From assembly GCF_000013905.1 (NCBI RefSeq), contig NC_007969.1, forward strand, positions 2,670,001 through 2,702,000: DNA of 32,000 bases, in the 5' to 3' direction. Positions 30,913 to 32,000 of this stretch are shown here, one piece after another. The translations under genes were made by a program, and so were the position numbers. Under the pieces are notes generated by a model, which was not told the origin of the DNA, did not search any database, and saw only the letters and a program-made list of their open reading frames with translations. How positions within the stretch are numbered: position 1 is the stretch's first letter; every line of letters starts with the position of its first letter. Source of the stretch: Psychrobacter cryohalolentis K5. Its GTDB lineage: Bacteria; Pseudomonadota; Gammaproteobacteria; Pseudomonadales; Moraxellaceae.

Positions 30913-31758
30913 CTATGGGTTTTGATACAGGTCAATGTAAGGGCTGGATGAAGGCTCGGTAACTGGTGAGCCATCTTCGGTCACTATAATAGGTGTGGCA
31001 CTGATAGTCGCATCTGCTGCGACAGAACCACTAGTATTAGATATTGCTCTGTTATTAACGACTGCAACTCTAGTTGGATGGGCTGAATTTGCAGCATTGG
31101 CCTCATACATGATGTCATCGTTACCCAGCTTTACGCCTCGATCATCGACGACAGTAGTCAGTAGTACCAATTCTGTAACACCAACCGTGCTATTGGCAAT
31201 ATCAATCAGGTGGCTTTGCTGCGTCGGTGTCATACGACCCATGATATAAACCACGCCATTATTGGTCACTGCTCTAATTTGTGACGCTTTTACCCCATCA
31301 GCAGCGGCTGTTTTTGCCATCAGCTTTGAGGTGATATAACCGTCATGGACAGTTTGGCTATAGCCTTTTGAAGCACCAACTGTCAGCTCATTATAGACTT
31401 GACGAACATCTGGCATAGAGCCTACGACTTTACTGACTTCTGCCTTAATTGTTTCAGTCGGCACTTCACCGGTCAGTAATACAATACTATTAAAGCTATC
31501 AATACTCATGCGACTGGTTTGCTGCAAATTTTCCTGCAAACCATAAACGTTAATCTTGACGGTATGCTCAATACTACGATCAAGCAGACGCTGCGGAATA
31601 GTGCGCTCAGTCATGGGCACGCCATAAGTACCTTCTGTACTATTGGTCAAATAATTGGTGGTACAGCCAGTCGTGACAATGCTCGACATTAATATAATGC
31701 CTATCGCGTTACGGCGCGGTGCGCCAAAAATAGCAGTGCGCAGATTCATCTGTGTCAT
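30913..31758 (-). CDS. dolP: dual-BON-domain outer-membrane lipoprotein (DolP/YraP-like) with C-terminal extension
   Basis: 281 aa. Lipoprotein signal with lipobox-like IVTTGC. Two BON repeats align with E. coli YraP as recalled: VLLTGEVPTETIKAEVSKVVGSMPDVRQVYNEL and VTNNGVVYIMGRMTPTQQSHLIDIANSTVGVTELV. AGAGG RBS. Confidence 0.7.
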   Translation of the reverse strand: MTQMNLRTAIFGAPRRNAIGIILMSSIVTTGCTTNYLTNSTEGTYGVPMTERTIPQRLLDRSIEHTVKINVYGLQENLQQTSRMSIDSFNSIVLLTGEVPTETIKAEVSKVVGSMPDVRQVYNELTVGASKGYSQTVHDGYITSKLMAKTAAADGVKASQIRAVTNNGVVYIMGRMTPTQQSHLIDIANSTVGVTELVLLTTVVDDRGVKLGNDDIMYEANAANSAHPTRVAVVNNRAISNTSGSVAADATISATPIIVTEDGSPVTEPSSSPYIDLYQNP

Positions 31759-31949
31759 GATTTACCTCTTTAGTACATGAGTATTCATAATAAATAATAG
31801 CAACAGTCAATGGTTGTAATTTTAACAAATATGACAAAAACTTGATTCAATAAAATTATTTTAGTGCCGCTACTCTACTGAATTTTTACTGCTTACAGTT
31901 AGGCTTTTGGTAACGACAACTTCATTTAATTTGCTTTGACATTATAAAA

Positions 31950-32000
31950 TTAGCCACGCTTAAATAAATCATAAACAAGTCTTATTACCAAGCTGACGTG
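31950..32000 (-). CDS. 3' end (16 codons plus stop) of an ORF entering from the right edge, possibly SIS-domain DiaA/GmhA-like
   Basis: The frame is open from 32000 to TAA at 31950-31952 and gives ...HVSLVIRLVYDLFKRG. It has a weak resemblance to the DiaA C-terminus, and diaA lies next to yraP in E. coli. The fragment is too short to be sure it is coding. Confidence 0.2.
   Translation of the reverse strand, partial: HVSLVIRLVYDLFKRG

Overview
This window is almost entirely core housekeeping DNA. Protein sequences and AT-rich spacers suggest a Moraxellaceae (Psychrobacter-like) gammaproteobacterium, but that is recollection, not a search result.

Gene content:
- Minus strand 501-18922 holds one co-oriented translation/transcription supercluster: rpsL-rpsG-fusA-tuf-tRNA(Trp)-secE-nusG-rplK-rplA-rplJ-rplL-rpoB-rpoC.
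- Next is an EcsC-family protein with a long Lys/Ser/Asp-rich tail (minus strand).
- After a 634-bp divergent spacer comes a plus-strand fabB-pabB pair, 3 nt apart.
- A convergent minus-strand block follows: dolP-like BON lipoprotein, a secreted alpha/beta hydrolase, ibaG(bolA-like)-murA, then hisG(short form)-hisD-hisC.
- Partial ORFs touch both window edges.

What I did not find: transposase, integrase, CRISPR array, phage genes, toxin-antitoxin or recognisable defence genes. I also cannot support any novel multi-gene system here.

The items worth a second look are all small-scale:
- A single tuf joins what are the tufA and tufB contexts in enterics.
- Several intra-operon spacers are unusually long and structured: rplL-rpoB 752 bp, rpsG-fusA 388 bp, fusA-tuf 220 bp.
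- The EcsC-like protein has a disordered tail.
- A GTACA-N2-TGTAC palindrome lies upstream of fabB.
- The hisD-hisC spacer contains a 15-bp periodic repeat array.
- The hisG-hisD spacer has a terminator-like hairpin.
- A His-codon-enriched 20-codon uORF abuts the hisG start.

All calls come from reading the sequence and the ORF track. No homology search or folding was run.
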